A stretch of 64,000 nucleotides of DNA from Rhodobacteraceae bacterium PARR1. GTDB lineage: Bacteria > Pseudomonadota > Alphaproteobacteria > Rhodobacterales > Rhodobacteraceae. Positions 1-9,559 of this stretch are shown piece by piece. Every line of letters starts with the position of its first letter. The stretch's first letter is position 1. The DNA lies in NCBI GenBank assembly GCA_002256185.1, contig NKIT01000001.1, forward strand, positions 16,207 to 80,206. The letters are read 5' to 3'. Under the pieces are notes generated by a model, which saw only the letters and a program-made list of their open reading frames with translations, made no database searches and had not been told where the DNA came from. The position numbers and the translations under genes are program-made.

Positions 1-1701
1 TCTGCGCTAGAAGGTCGCGCCGTTGTGCGGATTGCGGCTGGTGCCGGGACTTTGTCAGTATGCGCGATGCTGCTGAGCAGCACCCTCGGCTTTGCCGGTG
101 CACGGTCCGTTCCGATGATTTTTGGCGCGGTCTTTTTTGCCAGCGCAATGGCAGCCCGCTTTGCCATGCTGGTGCTGATCGGGTTTGTGAACGATCTTAC
201 GACACAGCGACGTCCGGTCGTCATTTACGGGGCCGGTGCAGCAGGATTGCAGATGGCAGGCGTTCTGCGTGGATCACAGGATATGCGTTGCATCGCCTTC
301 ATCGACGACAATACCCATCTGCAAGGCGTGTTGATGGCAGGCGTGCCGGTCTATCCGGCGCGCAAACTGCGGCAGATGGCGCAACGCACAAACAAACCGT
401 TGGTGATTGTCGCGATGCCGTCCGTGCCAAAGTCGCGTGAAACAACAATCCTAACGGAAACCCGGGCTCTCGGCTTCGAAGTCAAGGTTATGCCCTCTTA
501 CACCGACATGGTTTCGGCGCGCGCAGGGACCAAGAACCTCTTGACCGTGTCGCCTGACGCGATCCTGGGGCGTGACAGAGTTGACCTCGACATCCCCGAG
601 ATTGCCCGCGCCTATGCGGGCCGGAACGTGCTGGTGACGGGCGCTGGCGGGTCCATCGGATCCGAACTTTGTCGCCAGTTGCTGGAATGCCGTCCTGCGA
701 GCATCGTGCTTTTCGAACAAAGCGAATACGCGCTTTATCAGATCGACCTTGAAATGCAGCAACGATGCGCGTCGCTGAAAATCCCGGTCATCGCGCGTCT
801 AGGGTCTGTCGCGAATCGTGCCCGCATCGAAAGCGTGATGCGCGAGCACAAGATTGAGATCGTGCTGCACGCCGCCGCCTACAAGCACGTTCCGCTCGTC
901 GAAGAGAATGAGTTGGAAGGCGCACGCAACAACGTGGTTGGCACGCAAGTCTTGGCAGAAGTTGCGCAATCCTTGCAAGTGGAGCGGTTTATCCTCGTGT
1001 CGACCGACAAGGCCGTTCGTCCGACGAATATCATGGGCGCGACCAAGCGCATGGCCGAACTGGTGATACAGGATCTTGCCACGCGCTCCACGATGACCCG
1101 CTTCGCCATGGTGCGATTTGGAAATGTTCTGGGGTCATCTGGATCCGTCTTGCCCCTGTTTCAAAGTCAGATCGCTGCCGGCGGTCCGGTCACCGTGACC
1201 CACCCCGACGTGACTCGTTTTTTCATGACCATCCCCGAAGCTGCGCGTTTGGTGCTTCTGGCCGGTGCCTATTCTGAAGGCGGCGATGTATTTGTGTTGG
1301 ACATGGGTGAGCCGCGCCGGATTATCGATATTGCTCGGCAAATGATCAAACTGTCTGGTCGAGAGGTGAAGGACCCCGTCACCGGTGCAGGCGACATCGA
1401 AATCCGCATTACCGGCCTGCGCCCGGGCGAAAAACTTTACGAAGAACTTCTGATCGATGACTCCAGCCTCCGCGCAACCCCCCATCCAAAGATCATGCGC
1501 GCCAAGGAACAAAGCCTGAGCCAGATTGAAGTTGCCTCGATGATCCGAGAGATTTCAGCGTCTTTGAATGGCAACGATGCAGACCGGCTGCGACTTGTGG
1601 TGGCAAAGACTGTCGATGGCTATCGGCGTCCAGATGCTGATTTTGTCTCGCGCCAAAAACAGATTTCGGTGGCCGGGGCCAAGACCGAAGGGCCAATCTG
1701 A
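1..1701 (+). CDS. Nucleoside-diphosphate sugar 4,6-dehydratase, CapD/PglF/WbpM family (5' end probably outside the window)
   Basis: Frame open from base 1; GAGAAG CoA-binding-like domain, TGAGGSIGSELCRQ, HAAAYKHVP, STDKAV, MGATKR, VRFGNVLGSSGSV, GLRPGEKLYEEL motifs. Confidence 0.93.
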   Translation, partial: SALEGRAVVRIAAGAGTLSVCAMLLSSTLGFAGARSVPMIFGAVFFASAMAARFAMLVLIGFVNDLTTQRRPVVIYGAGAAGLQMAGVLRGSQDMRCIAFIDDNTHLQGVLMAGVPVYPARKLRQMAQRTNKPLVIVAMPSVPKSRETTILTETRALGFEVKVMPSYTDMVSARAGTKNLLTVSPDAILGRDRVDLDIPEIARAYAGRNVLVTGAGGSIGSELCRQLLECRPASIVLFEQSEYALYQIDLEMQQRCASLKIPVIARLGSVANRARIESVMREHKIEIVLHAAAYKHVPLVEENELEGARNNVVGTQVLAEVAQSLQVERFILVSTDKAVRPTNIMGATKRMAELVIQDLATRSTMTRFAMVRFGNVLGSSGSVLPLFQSQIAAGGPVTVTHPDVTRFFMTIPEAARLVLLAGAYSEGGDVFVLDMGEPRRIIDIARQMIKLSGREVKDPVTGAGDIEIRITGLRPGEKLYEELLIDDSSLRATPHPKIMRAKEQSLSQIEVASMIREISASLNGNDADRLRLVVAKTVDGYRRPDADFVSRQKQISVAGAKTEGPI

Positions 1702-1828
1702 CCACTGAATGGTTGCGCCTTGCCGCACACATATGCGCGACGACACAGCCGCCGAACGGACGGGCTCTATCAGGACCGTATCCTTCCAAACGCGAGTGAG
1801 ACCTGGAAGGACAGAAAAGAGGTGTCAG

Positions 1829-2959
1829 TCACGCTTTGCCCAAAAGAGACTGGATATGGCCGATCACCTCATCCTGCTGCTCGTTTGACATATCGCTACC
1901 CGATGGCAAGCACAGACCGCAATCGAACAAATGGGCATCGACACCTTGGCCATGATAGGGTGATCCCTGGTAAAGCGGCTGCAAATGCATCGGCTTCCAC
2001 AAGGGTCGGGCCTCAATCCGATGTTCAAACAGGGCCAGCCGAACCTGTTCACGGCTAATGCCAGTCTGCGCAGGGTCAATGGTAACTGCCGTCAACCACC
2101 TGGTCGAGCGCAACCCCGCTGGTTCCGGCATAAATCCGATGCCATGCTGGGACAACGCCGCGACATAACGGTCGAAAATCTCACGGCGACGGGTCACCCT
2201 GTCCTCAAGAACTTCCATCTGCCCCAAACCGATGGCAGCGCAAATGTTCGACAGGCGGTAGTTATACCCATAGGTCGAATGTTCGTAATGCGGTGCCGGA
2301 TCGCGGGCCTGCGTTGCCAAAAACCGCGCCTTGTCCGCCCATTCCTTGTGCCGTGTTACCAACATCCCACCGCCGGACGTTGTGATGATCTTGTTGCCGT
2401 TGAACGAGAGCACCGCCGCATCCCCCCCCGTCCCTGCCCTGCGGCTCCCTTGGTAAAGCGCGCCAAGGCTTTCGGCAGAATCCACGATCAGCCGCACGCC
2501 ATAGCGTTCGGCAAGCGCCTCGAGCGGGTCAAGGTCGACGCTCTGGCCGTAAAGGTCTGTCGGAATCAATGCCTTTGGCAGACGACCTTCGCGCGCGGCA
2601 CGGTCAAACTCTTCGCGCAAAAGACCAATATCGACCGTCCAAGTAGCTGAATCGAGATCAAAGAACCGCGGCCGCGCACCAAGGTAGTTCACGGGAAAAA
2701 TCCCCCCGGCGAAAGTCATCGAAGAAATCCAGACCTCATCACCGGGACCAACGCCAGCGATACGCAACGCAAGATGCAGGGCGGCGGAGCCGGAGGACAG
2801 ACCAACACAATGAAGACCGCCGCCGAGGTAATCGCTCACCCTCGACTCAAACGCGTCCAACTGCGGGCCAAGCGGGGCGACGAAGTTAGACGCGAAGGCT
2901 TCTGCCACCCGCTGTTCTTCATGGCCGGACATGTGCGGGCGCGAGAGATAAACACGCAT
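1829..2959 (-). CDS. DegT/DnrJ/EryC1/StrS-family PLP-dependent sugar aminotransferase (PglE-like)
   Basis: SSGSAALHLAL, DSAESLGA, SFNGNKIITTSGGG (PLP lysine), GYNYRLSN. Confidence 0.92.
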   Translation of the reverse strand: MRVYLSRPHMSGHEEQRVAEAFASNFVAPLGPQLDAFESRVSDYLGGGLHCVGLSSGSAALHLALRIAGVGPGDEVWISSMTFAGGIFPVNYLGARPRFFDLDSATWTVDIGLLREEFDRAAREGRLPKALIPTDLYGQSVDLDPLEALAERYGVRLIVDSAESLGALYQGSRRAGTGGDAAVLSFNGNKIITTSGGGMLVTRHKEWADKARFLATQARDPAPHYEHSTYGYNYRLSNICAAIGLGQMEVLEDRVTRRREIFDRYVAALSQHGIGFMPEPAGLRSTRWLTAVTIDPAQTGISREQVRLALFEHRIEARPLWKPMHLQPLYQGSPYHGQGVDAHLFDCGLCLPSGSDMSNEQQDEVIGHIQSLLGKA

Positions 2960-3588
2960 TAAGAAGATCTTTCCATAACTCGGGCCGGATTGCCAACCAC
3001 TGTCACACCTGCCGGCACATCCCGCGTCACGACTGCGCCCATACCGACCACGGCACCCTCGCCTATTGTAAGGCCCTGACGGATGACTGCGCCAGAACCG
3101 ATATAGACGTGATCGCCGAGCGTCACAGCCCCATTGACCTTGGCGCCGGGAGCAAGGGTCACAAAGTCACCGATCAAACAGTCATGTTCAACATAGGAAT
3201 AAAGGTTGGCATGAAAGCATTTGCCAATCCGAATGTTCGAGGTCAGCGTGACAAACGGAGAAAGGCAGGCCCCCTCAGCGATCTGGACATCATCCATTTC
3301 AACGACGGTAGCCGCGCGGATCGCTTGCAAGGGCACGCCAGCCATCATTGCCCGCTGCGCCAACCGCTCGCGAATGGTCGAGTCCGCGATCGCTATTGCC
3401 ACAGATCGAGTTGGTGCGTTTCGGGCGAGGAACGCTTCCCATGGCAGCACAGGGTGACCATTTACCACCGCTGCGCCAAGGCCATCGTCAATGAACACCA
3501 AATCCGCCGCTGGAAACTCAGCACGGGCAAGCGGCATGATACCGCGACCACAGCCACTTGCCCCATAAATGCCAATCATATGCGTCAC
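2959..3588 (-). CDS. Sugar N-/O-acetyltransferase, PglD/NeuD hexapeptide-repeat family
   Basis: GIYGASGCGR N-terminus, YVEHDC, hexapeptide repeats, GAVVTRDVP...GNPAR; translationally coupled to both neighbours. Confidence 0.9.
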   Translation of the reverse strand: MTHMIGIYGASGCGRGIMPLARAEFPAADLVFIDDGLGAAVVNGHPVLPWEAFLARNAPTRSVAIAIADSTIRERLAQRAMMAGVPLQAIRAATVVEMDDVQIAEGACLSPFVTLTSNIRIGKCFHANLYSYVEHDCLIGDFVTLAPGAKVNGAVTLGDHVYIGSGAVIRQGLTIGEGAVVGMGAVVTRDVPAGVTVVGNPARVMERSS

Positions 3589-4178
3589 GAGGGATTCCCT
3601 GTGAACCTCGACATAGTGGCCTCTCCATCAGCAGAGATGCCGTCCCGTCGAACAACTTTCTTGATGGTCATCATGATGATCCGCATGTCCAACCAAAATG
3701 AACGGTTGTCGACATACCATACGTCCAGGCGGAATTTCTCGTCCCATGTCAGCGCGTTGCGGCCGTTCACTTGTGCCCAACCAGTTACACCGGGGCGCAC
3801 CTCATGCCGTCGTGCCTGCTCTGCACTGTAAAGCGGAAGGTATTCCAACAAGAGCGGCCGGGGTCCAACAAGGCTCATGTCGCCTTTCAACACGTTCCAC
3901 AGTTCAGGAATCTCATCCAAACTGCTCGACCGAAGAAAGCGACCAAAAGCGGTCAACCGGTCCGCATCCGGCAAGGGAGTTCCGGATGCATCCGTCGCAT
4001 CGCGCATGCTGCGAAACTTTATCATCTGGAAAGGTCGCCCATGGAGTCCAGGGCGGCACTGACGGAACAAAACCGGTGATCCCATTTGCTGACGCACCCG
4101 GAACGCAATGAAGATCAAGATCGGCGCAAGAAGAACCAGCCCGAGCGTTGCGCCTACCAGATCAAACAAACGTTTCAA
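3585..4178 (-). CDS. Initiating phosphoglycosyl transferase (PglC-like bacterial sugar transferase)
   Basis: KRLFD, KFRSM, SLDEIPELWNVLKGDMSLVGPRP, RPGVTGWAQV; probable TTG start at 4178 with AGGGA RBS (ORF track starts at 4247). Confidence 0.92.
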   Translation of the reverse strand: MKRLFDLVGATLGLVLLAPILIFIAFRVRQQMGSPVLFRQCRPGLHGRPFQMIKFRSMRDATDASGTPLPDADRLTAFGRFLRSSSLDEIPELWNVLKGDMSLVGPRPLLLEYLPLYSAEQARRHEVRPGVTGWAQVNGRNALTWDEKFRLDVWYVDNRSFWLDMRIIMMTIKKVVRRDGISADGEATMSRFTGNPS

Positions 4179-4391
4179 AACTCGATCCCTAGTTTCGTTA
4201 CCGAAAACCAAACAGTTACGTTTCCTTAGCCTGAACTCGCATCGCAATGCAATCGTTCTTCCCCGCAGAATGGAATGGAGCGAAAAGATTGGGCTGTCAT
4301 CAAAAAAAAACGCAACTCAAAACAAACGGCTCCTGAGATAGTATCGAGTGCCGCAAAAATGACACCCGCACAAACATGCCCAAAGGCGAGA

Positions 4392-5672
4392 CTATGATCT
4401 TTTATATGGTTCGAACCCTAATCGGGCGTACTGAACAAGACTCAAGGCGACGTAAACCAACTGCCCTACCATCAACCCGAATGCAGCGCCCCAGATATCT
4501 GCCCAGGCCGCCCCAACCCACAATCCAATGGCCGAAACACCAAGGCCGAAAAACGCCAACACAGACATCTGCCGGGCCTCGTTGAAGCTATCAAAGAATG
4601 GAATCAACGCAACCTGAACAAATCCACTCGCGCCGGCGACAACGACCAGCCAAGTTACATCGACCGCAGGACGGTAGCGCAAATCCAAGACTAGATAGGC
4701 GTGAAACGTACAGACCAATGCGATCACGGCAACCAAAGGAACAAGGCCCAGAAGAACCAATCGCAATCTCTTCTGCGCTCGCCTCAGAAAAGCCGGATCT
4801 GCTGTTTCATGAAATTTGCTAAGTGCTGCATAAACACTCGGCACATAAACTTTGGAGAAAACACCCGAGAGCAAAAACATCCCTGACAGATAAAGAGATG
4901 TGGCTGCATAGACGCCCATTGACTCAACCCCCAAGACTGACGCGATAATGAATTTATCAATGGTCAACATCAGCGGTGAAACCAATCCCACGATCACAAA
5001 CGGTGCTGAACGAAAGAAGTTCCTGCGACTCCAGTCTATGTCAACATCTGCGAAGCCCCGGGTTCCCACTAGCGAAAAAACGATCCCTGCGCTAATTCCA
5101 GCAGTCAGAATAAAAATGATGGTTTGGCTGGTAACCATATCAACCCAACTCCCACCCATCCAAAGCACGACGAGCAAGGCTCCGAAAATCATGATGTTGA
5201 AAGCCAATTCCGACCCAGCCGCAAGACCCGGCTTGGGAAGCATTACGATGACACGATGATAATTCTGTCGGCAGACAAAACCAACCGCTCCAATTACCAC
5301 CAATAAAAAGATAAGAATTCGCGGGATGTCCGGCGGAAATAATGCAGGCAGGACTGCTATTCCAAACAATCCCCAGAAAAGTCCTAGGATCAACGACGTC
5401 AAGTTTGCGCCATTGATCCTCGCAAAATAACCTGCTGAGTCCACCTCGTAGAAAACCCGGGCAAGCCCAAACCCCAAAAACGAGCCGACAAAAAAGCCGA
5501 CAACTGGCATCGCAGACCGAGCCGTTGATAGGTAACCAAAATTAACTGGACCTATACTGTTTGCAATAGTCGGAAGGACAAGCACCGGCAAAATAGCACT
5601 CGCCCCGGCGCTGACTGTATACCACGCGATTGCCTTGATGGACCTTTGCACGCCAGTTCCTTCATTCTTCAT
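4392..5672 (-). CDS. Wzx-like oligosaccharide flippase
   Basis: 426 aa, about 12 hydrophobic segments, IDKFIIASVLG...GVY motif typical of MOP/PST exporters; glycan-locus context. Confidence 0.75.
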   Translation of the reverse strand: MKNEGTGVQRSIKAIAWYTVSAGASAILPVLVLPTIANSIGPVNFGYLSTARSAMPVVGFFVGSFLGFGLARVFYEVDSAGYFARINGANLTSLILGLFWGLFGIAVLPALFPPDIPRILIFLLVVIGAVGFVCRQNYHRVIVMLPKPGLAAGSELAFNIMIFGALLVVLWMGGSWVDMVTSQTIIFILTAGISAGIVFSLVGTRGFADVDIDWSRRNFFRSAPFVIVGLVSPLMLTIDKFIIASVLGVESMGVYAATSLYLSGMFLLSGVFSKVYVPSVYAALSKFHETADPAFLRRAQKRLRLVLLGLVPLVAVIALVCTFHAYLVLDLRYRPAVDVTWLVVVAGASGFVQVALIPFFDSFNEARQMSVLAFFGLGVSAIGLWVGAAWADIWGAAFGLMVGQLVYVALSLVQYARLGFEPYKRS

Positions 5673-5959
5673 CGTCAGAGAATACTAAGATAGAGCGCTA
5701 CCCCACCCACTTCCTCCAAACATTAGCTCTTTCAATCTTGAAGCAACGGACTTCTTTCCGCAGCGACTTATTAAGTGTCCACCGTAGCCCAAGCGTCACT
5801 CGCACTTTGCTCGCACGGCCAAACACACCAAAACTCATCCTAGTGCATTTCTGCTTGAGCTTTCCTTAAAAATTTCAAAAGCAATCCGGGTGTTCTGGAT
5901 AATTCGAACTGCTATTGGCACAAACTACATTCTTTCGAAAATTTGAGGCAGACAAACAC

Positions 5960-6700
5960 CTATGAATCATCGGCAGCAACAAAGACGTAAACCATACCAG
6001 AAGATTGACTTAAGTCAGGGTACAGACCCTGCGCAGCGAGAGCGTTGAAAACTCTCGAAATCTCCTTTGGCTTCAAAACAGCAGGGTGCAACTCAATAAT
6101 AACTGTTCTAACTCCAGGCAAGGTAACGCCTTCCAGCAATTCCCCTTCACCACCTTCGATGTCGATCACAAGGACGTTAGGTGCCGTCTGCAAAAGAAAT
6201 TCTTGAAAATCCAACTGCGGCACCGAAATTTTGTGTGCCCCCTGTATTGGAGCCAAGCCCGATGCCCAAAAATTTGGTGTAACGTAGAAATCTCTTCTGT
6301 CACTACCCTTACCAAGTACACCATTTACAACCAAAAACTCCACTCCGTTGAGTTTTTGGTTCCTTTTGATCAGATCGATCAAATCAGGATTGGCCTCGAC
6401 TGCGGTAATGTTTTGCGATGGCACAATCCGCGCTGCCAAATTTGATAGGAACCCAATACCAGCGCCAATTTCGAGAACCCTATCAGTTTGACGCAAACAT
6501 TTGCGCAATAATACTTGTTCATGAGCTTCGTAATGTCCAAGACGAAGATTGAACTTCATCTTCGGCGAAAGACTCGGATGATCCAGCGCAAGCTTGACAC
6601 CGCTAATTGTAACAGTGCTTGAATTCAATACGCGATGAATGCCCCACCGACATATCATCCGGCTATAGCGTGCCAGTCTCGCAAGTGACGCTTTAATCAT
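5960..6700 (-). CDS. FkbM-family SAM-dependent methyltransferase
   Basis: VLEIGAGIG, VEANP, IDIEGGE, IELHP; start placed at ATG 6700 (alternative 6751). Confidence 0.85.
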   Translation of the reverse strand: MIKASLARLARYSRMICRWGIHRVLNSSTVTISGVKLALDHPSLSPKMKFNLRLGHYEAHEQVLLRKCLRQTDRVLEIGAGIGFLSNLAARIVPSQNITAVEANPDLIDLIKRNQKLNGVEFLVVNGVLGKGSDRRDFYVTPNFWASGLAPIQGAHKISVPQLDFQEFLLQTAPNVLVIDIEGGEGELLEGVTLPGVRTVIIELHPAVLKPKEISRVFNALAAQGLYPDLSQSSGMVYVFVAADDS

Positions 6701-6774
6701 CTGGAAATCCCACACCACGTTTAGATTGTTCGGCGCTGTTAAATACAGCAAGACAATTTACCTGACGCAAGCAC

Positions 6775-7464
6775 CTACTTGACGGTCACGTCTTCATTGC
6801 GAACCAGACCGAAGATCATGGACCGTGCACCGAACAAGGTATCTGAAGACAGGAGTTTATGGCGGCCAAACAAACGTCGAGTGAATGGGATACGATTGAA
6901 TGTACCGCATCGTACCACTTGTTTCAGTCCGGCAAACCGGCATATTGCATCAATGTTAATGTGGGTAAGTGATGACAAGTGCCCTTCAACGTCAGGGGCG
7001 CGACGTAAGTTATGAAGTATCTCTCCCCAAAAATATGGATTTGGCACAGACATCAAAATCATCCCTCCAGGGGCCAAATGGCTTTTCAGCGTCTTTAATA
7101 CTCTGACAGGACTTTCCACATGTTCGATGACTTCCATGGCCAGGAACAGATCGACGTTATTCTCAAGCCCCACGATGGGGTTATCAGCGTCTGCAACCAC
7201 GAAAACATCATTCTCCCGCGCAGTAACTTTTGCCAAAGCACCGGCATCCAAGTCAATTCCAGTGTAGCGGTGTGCAATTCTGCGCTCATCCATGATCGCG
7301 CGAACTGCGGCAAACTTGCAGCCAATTTCCGCTACATTGAGCGACCGGTTCGGCAACCGGCCTTTAACCAAATCCAGTGCTCTTCGATAACGAAAATCAG
7401 CTTCGTGATCATCGATCACGTAGGTCTGGCTTCTCTTTTTATAGAACTCTTCCTTCGTAACCAT
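6775..7464 (-). CDS. Class I SAM-dependent methyltransferase
   Basis: AEIGC, TGIDLD, EVIEHVESP, LAPGG..SVPN motifs. Confidence 0.82.
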   Translation of the reverse strand: MVTKEEFYKKRSQTYVIDDHEADFRYRRALDLVKGRLPNRSLNVAEIGCKFAAVRAIMDERRIAHRYTGIDLDAGALAKVTARENDVFVVADADNPIVGLENNVDLFLAMEVIEHVESPVRVLKTLKSHLAPGGMILMSVPNPYFWGEILHNLRRAPDVEGHLSSLTHINIDAICRFAGLKQVVRCGTFNRIPFTRRLFGRHKLLSSDTLFGARSMIFGLVRNEDVTVK

Positions 7465-7478
7465 CGTCCAGTTCCACC

Positions 7479-8360
7479 CTAAAAAATCTTATTCCGCACT
7501 CGAATTGGTTTACCGACCTTCAACCTGCCTTCAATCTGATCTTTTACCGACGCTCTGATGAACAATCGGTTATCGGCCGCTCCATCGTGAAAAGGCATGA
7601 TTAACGAACGGCCTTTTGGATCGTATCCGGTTTCTACAAATCCACTGTTCGTCAGGATGTTGAGGATTGTGTCTGTTCCGTCTTTCCTGGCATTATCGTT
7701 TATCTCCAAGATCAGCGCCAAAAGCCTACTGTCCTGAAGAACCGCTCCGGCCCCGGCGATCACGGCTGGTTCAAACCCTTCCACATCGATTTTCATCAAC
7801 TGCGGAGTACCATATTCAGCCGAAGCACTATCAACCGTTACTGATGGAACTGTGATCCCAACCCCGTCTGCCACGATCTTATTCATGACATCCGCATCCG
7901 TGGACATGGACACAACCCCGGTTTGGGCCGATACGGCAGCTTGTACCACCAACACCCTATCCAATAGTCCATTCATAGTGAGATTACGCGTCAAGTACTC
8001 TGCTGATTTGGGGACAGGCTCAAAGGCGATTCCCCGCGCACCAGATATGTGACCCAAGATCATCGAATAAACGCCAATATTCGCGCCGATATCGAAGAAC
8101 AGGTCGTCCTCATTCAACAGATGACAGGCGAAACATGAGTCACGCAGTTCGTGCAAACCATTGTAAGCTTGCATGGAGATGGAAATCATACCATTGCGTC
8201 CAGTTAACTTGAGTCCGTTGACCCAAGGTATTGTCACTTCGTGGGACAGTCGTGAGCGCAATTGCCAAACGCTCCATCGAAGGGCGACGAGCAAGGTCGA
8301 TCCGTTCAACGGATGTGCCGCAAGATTCTTCCAAATCTGAGGTATACGCAATACGTTCAT
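7479..8360 (-). CDS. FkbM-family SAM-dependent methyltransferase
   Basis: FDIGANIGVYS, AFEP, MKIDVEGFE. Confidence 0.88.
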   Translation of the reverse strand: MNVLRIPQIWKNLAAHPLNGSTLLVALRWSVWQLRSRLSHEVTIPWVNGLKLTGRNGMISISMQAYNGLHELRDSCFACHLLNEDDLFFDIGANIGVYSMILGHISGARGIAFEPVPKSAEYLTRNLTMNGLLDRVLVVQAAVSAQTGVVSMSTDADVMNKIVADGVGITVPSVTVDSASAEYGTPQLMKIDVEGFEPAVIAGAGAVLQDSRLLALILEINDNARKDGTDTILNILTNSGFVETGYDPKGRSLIMPFHDGAADNRLFIRASVKDQIEGRLKVGKPIRVRNKIF

Positions 8361-9559
8361 GAGGAAGACCCTTTTAAGATGTATGGCTTTAGTCCCGATA
8401 GGAACGCGCGCGCGCGACTATCCGATCCAAAGCGTTCGGCAATATGTGCATTACGTCTTTTAGGTAGATCAGTTGGTGCATCTACCAAGTTTTGAAGTTC
8501 CTCTTTGATCGCAACTGCCAGCGCGGTCGAGTCTTCTGCTGCAACCAACTGACCTAGAAACGGCTCTGTTACAATTGATTCCGGGCCACCAGATCGTGTC
8601 GCGATCACGGTCGTTCCGGTTGCCAAGGCTTCAATCAACACAACACCAAATGTTTCAAATCGACTGGGGAGCGCAAAGATATCGGACCATAACATCAAGT
8701 CACGGACCTGCGTTTGGCGGGCATGACCCAGAAAGGTCACTTTCGCACCAATTCCGAGTTCCTCGGCAAGGGCACGATAGCTGTTTTGCGATGCGCCTTC
8801 TCCGATCAATCGGAGTTCCAACCCATGGGACAAGTCCAATTGGGCCACAGCCCTGATAAGAACATCCACACCCTTCTTAGAGTCCATGGTTCCGACGAAC
8901 CCCAATCTCGCAGGGCGGTCGAAGTTAAAGGGAAGTCGGTGACCGTCGGGCGCAAAAAACGCAGTGTCAATTGCGTTTGGTGCGTATTTTACCGTGACGC
9001 CAAACCTATCGGATAAAAGGCTCGAAAAAGGTTCACTCACGGCATAGACGGCTTTCGCCGCGTGGAAAGTTTGAGAGGCGCGATCAAGATCAGCCGCACT
9101 GTAAAAGCCCCGCGCAAAATGGGTGGAATGCTCAACCACCACGAAGGGGATGCCTTCCGACTTGGCAATTTCTTTGGCAGCCCAGCCAGCGTTGATTGCA
9201 GTATGGGCCAAGATGATATCTGGGCGCCCATATTTAGCGATGTACGCTTGGTACAAGCGCTGCGCAGCATTCAGGAAAATACGGGCCGATATGTCATGAA
9301 GCTTTGGAATGCGCCAACCGTGCCAGCGCAGGACCGGGTATCCGTCTGGCGATTCATGTTCAATCTGAAAGTGATTTCGAGATGCAGACTTCAGTCCTCC
9401 AAAGTCTGTAATTTCTCGCAATTCGGGAAAGATAACGCCCACTGTTGCACCGGCTCTTTGCAGCGCTTTGGTTTGCACCCGAAAGAAAACAGCATAGTCC
9501 GGCCGACGTGAATTCGGGTACCAGGTTGGCAAGACCAGAATGTGGGGATGATCAGCCAC
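8357..9559 (-). CDS. Glycosyltransferase family 4
   Basis: KKGVDVLI, PSRFETFGVVLIEALATG, TRSGG; probable GTG start at 9559 overlapping the upstream stop (ORF track starts at 9649). Confidence 0.88.
   Translation of the reverse strand: MADHPHILVLPTWYPNSRRPDYAVFFRVQTKALQRAGATVGVIFPELREITDFGGLKSASRNHFQIEHESPDGYPVLRWHGWRIPKLHDISARIFLNAAQRLYQAYIAKYGRPDIILAHTAINAGWAAKEIAKSEGIPFVVVEHSTHFARGFYSAADLDRASQTFHAAKAVYAVSEPFSSLLSDRFGVTVKYAPNAIDTAFFAPDGHRLPFNFDRPARLGFVGTMDSKKGVDVLIRAVAQLDLSHGLELRLIGEGASQNSYRALAEELGIGAKVTFLGHARQTQVRDLMLWSDIFALPSRFETFGVVLIEALATGTTVIATRSGGPESIVTEPFLGQLVAAEDSTALAVAIKEELQNLVDAPTDLPKRRNAHIAERFGSDSRARAFLSGLKPYILKGSSS

Noticed and set aside
4302..4310. A9 tract upstream of the pglC-like gene (and A8 at 13351-13358) as phase-variation switches
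   Set aside because: Intergenic, within AT-rich DNA, and short enough to arise by chance
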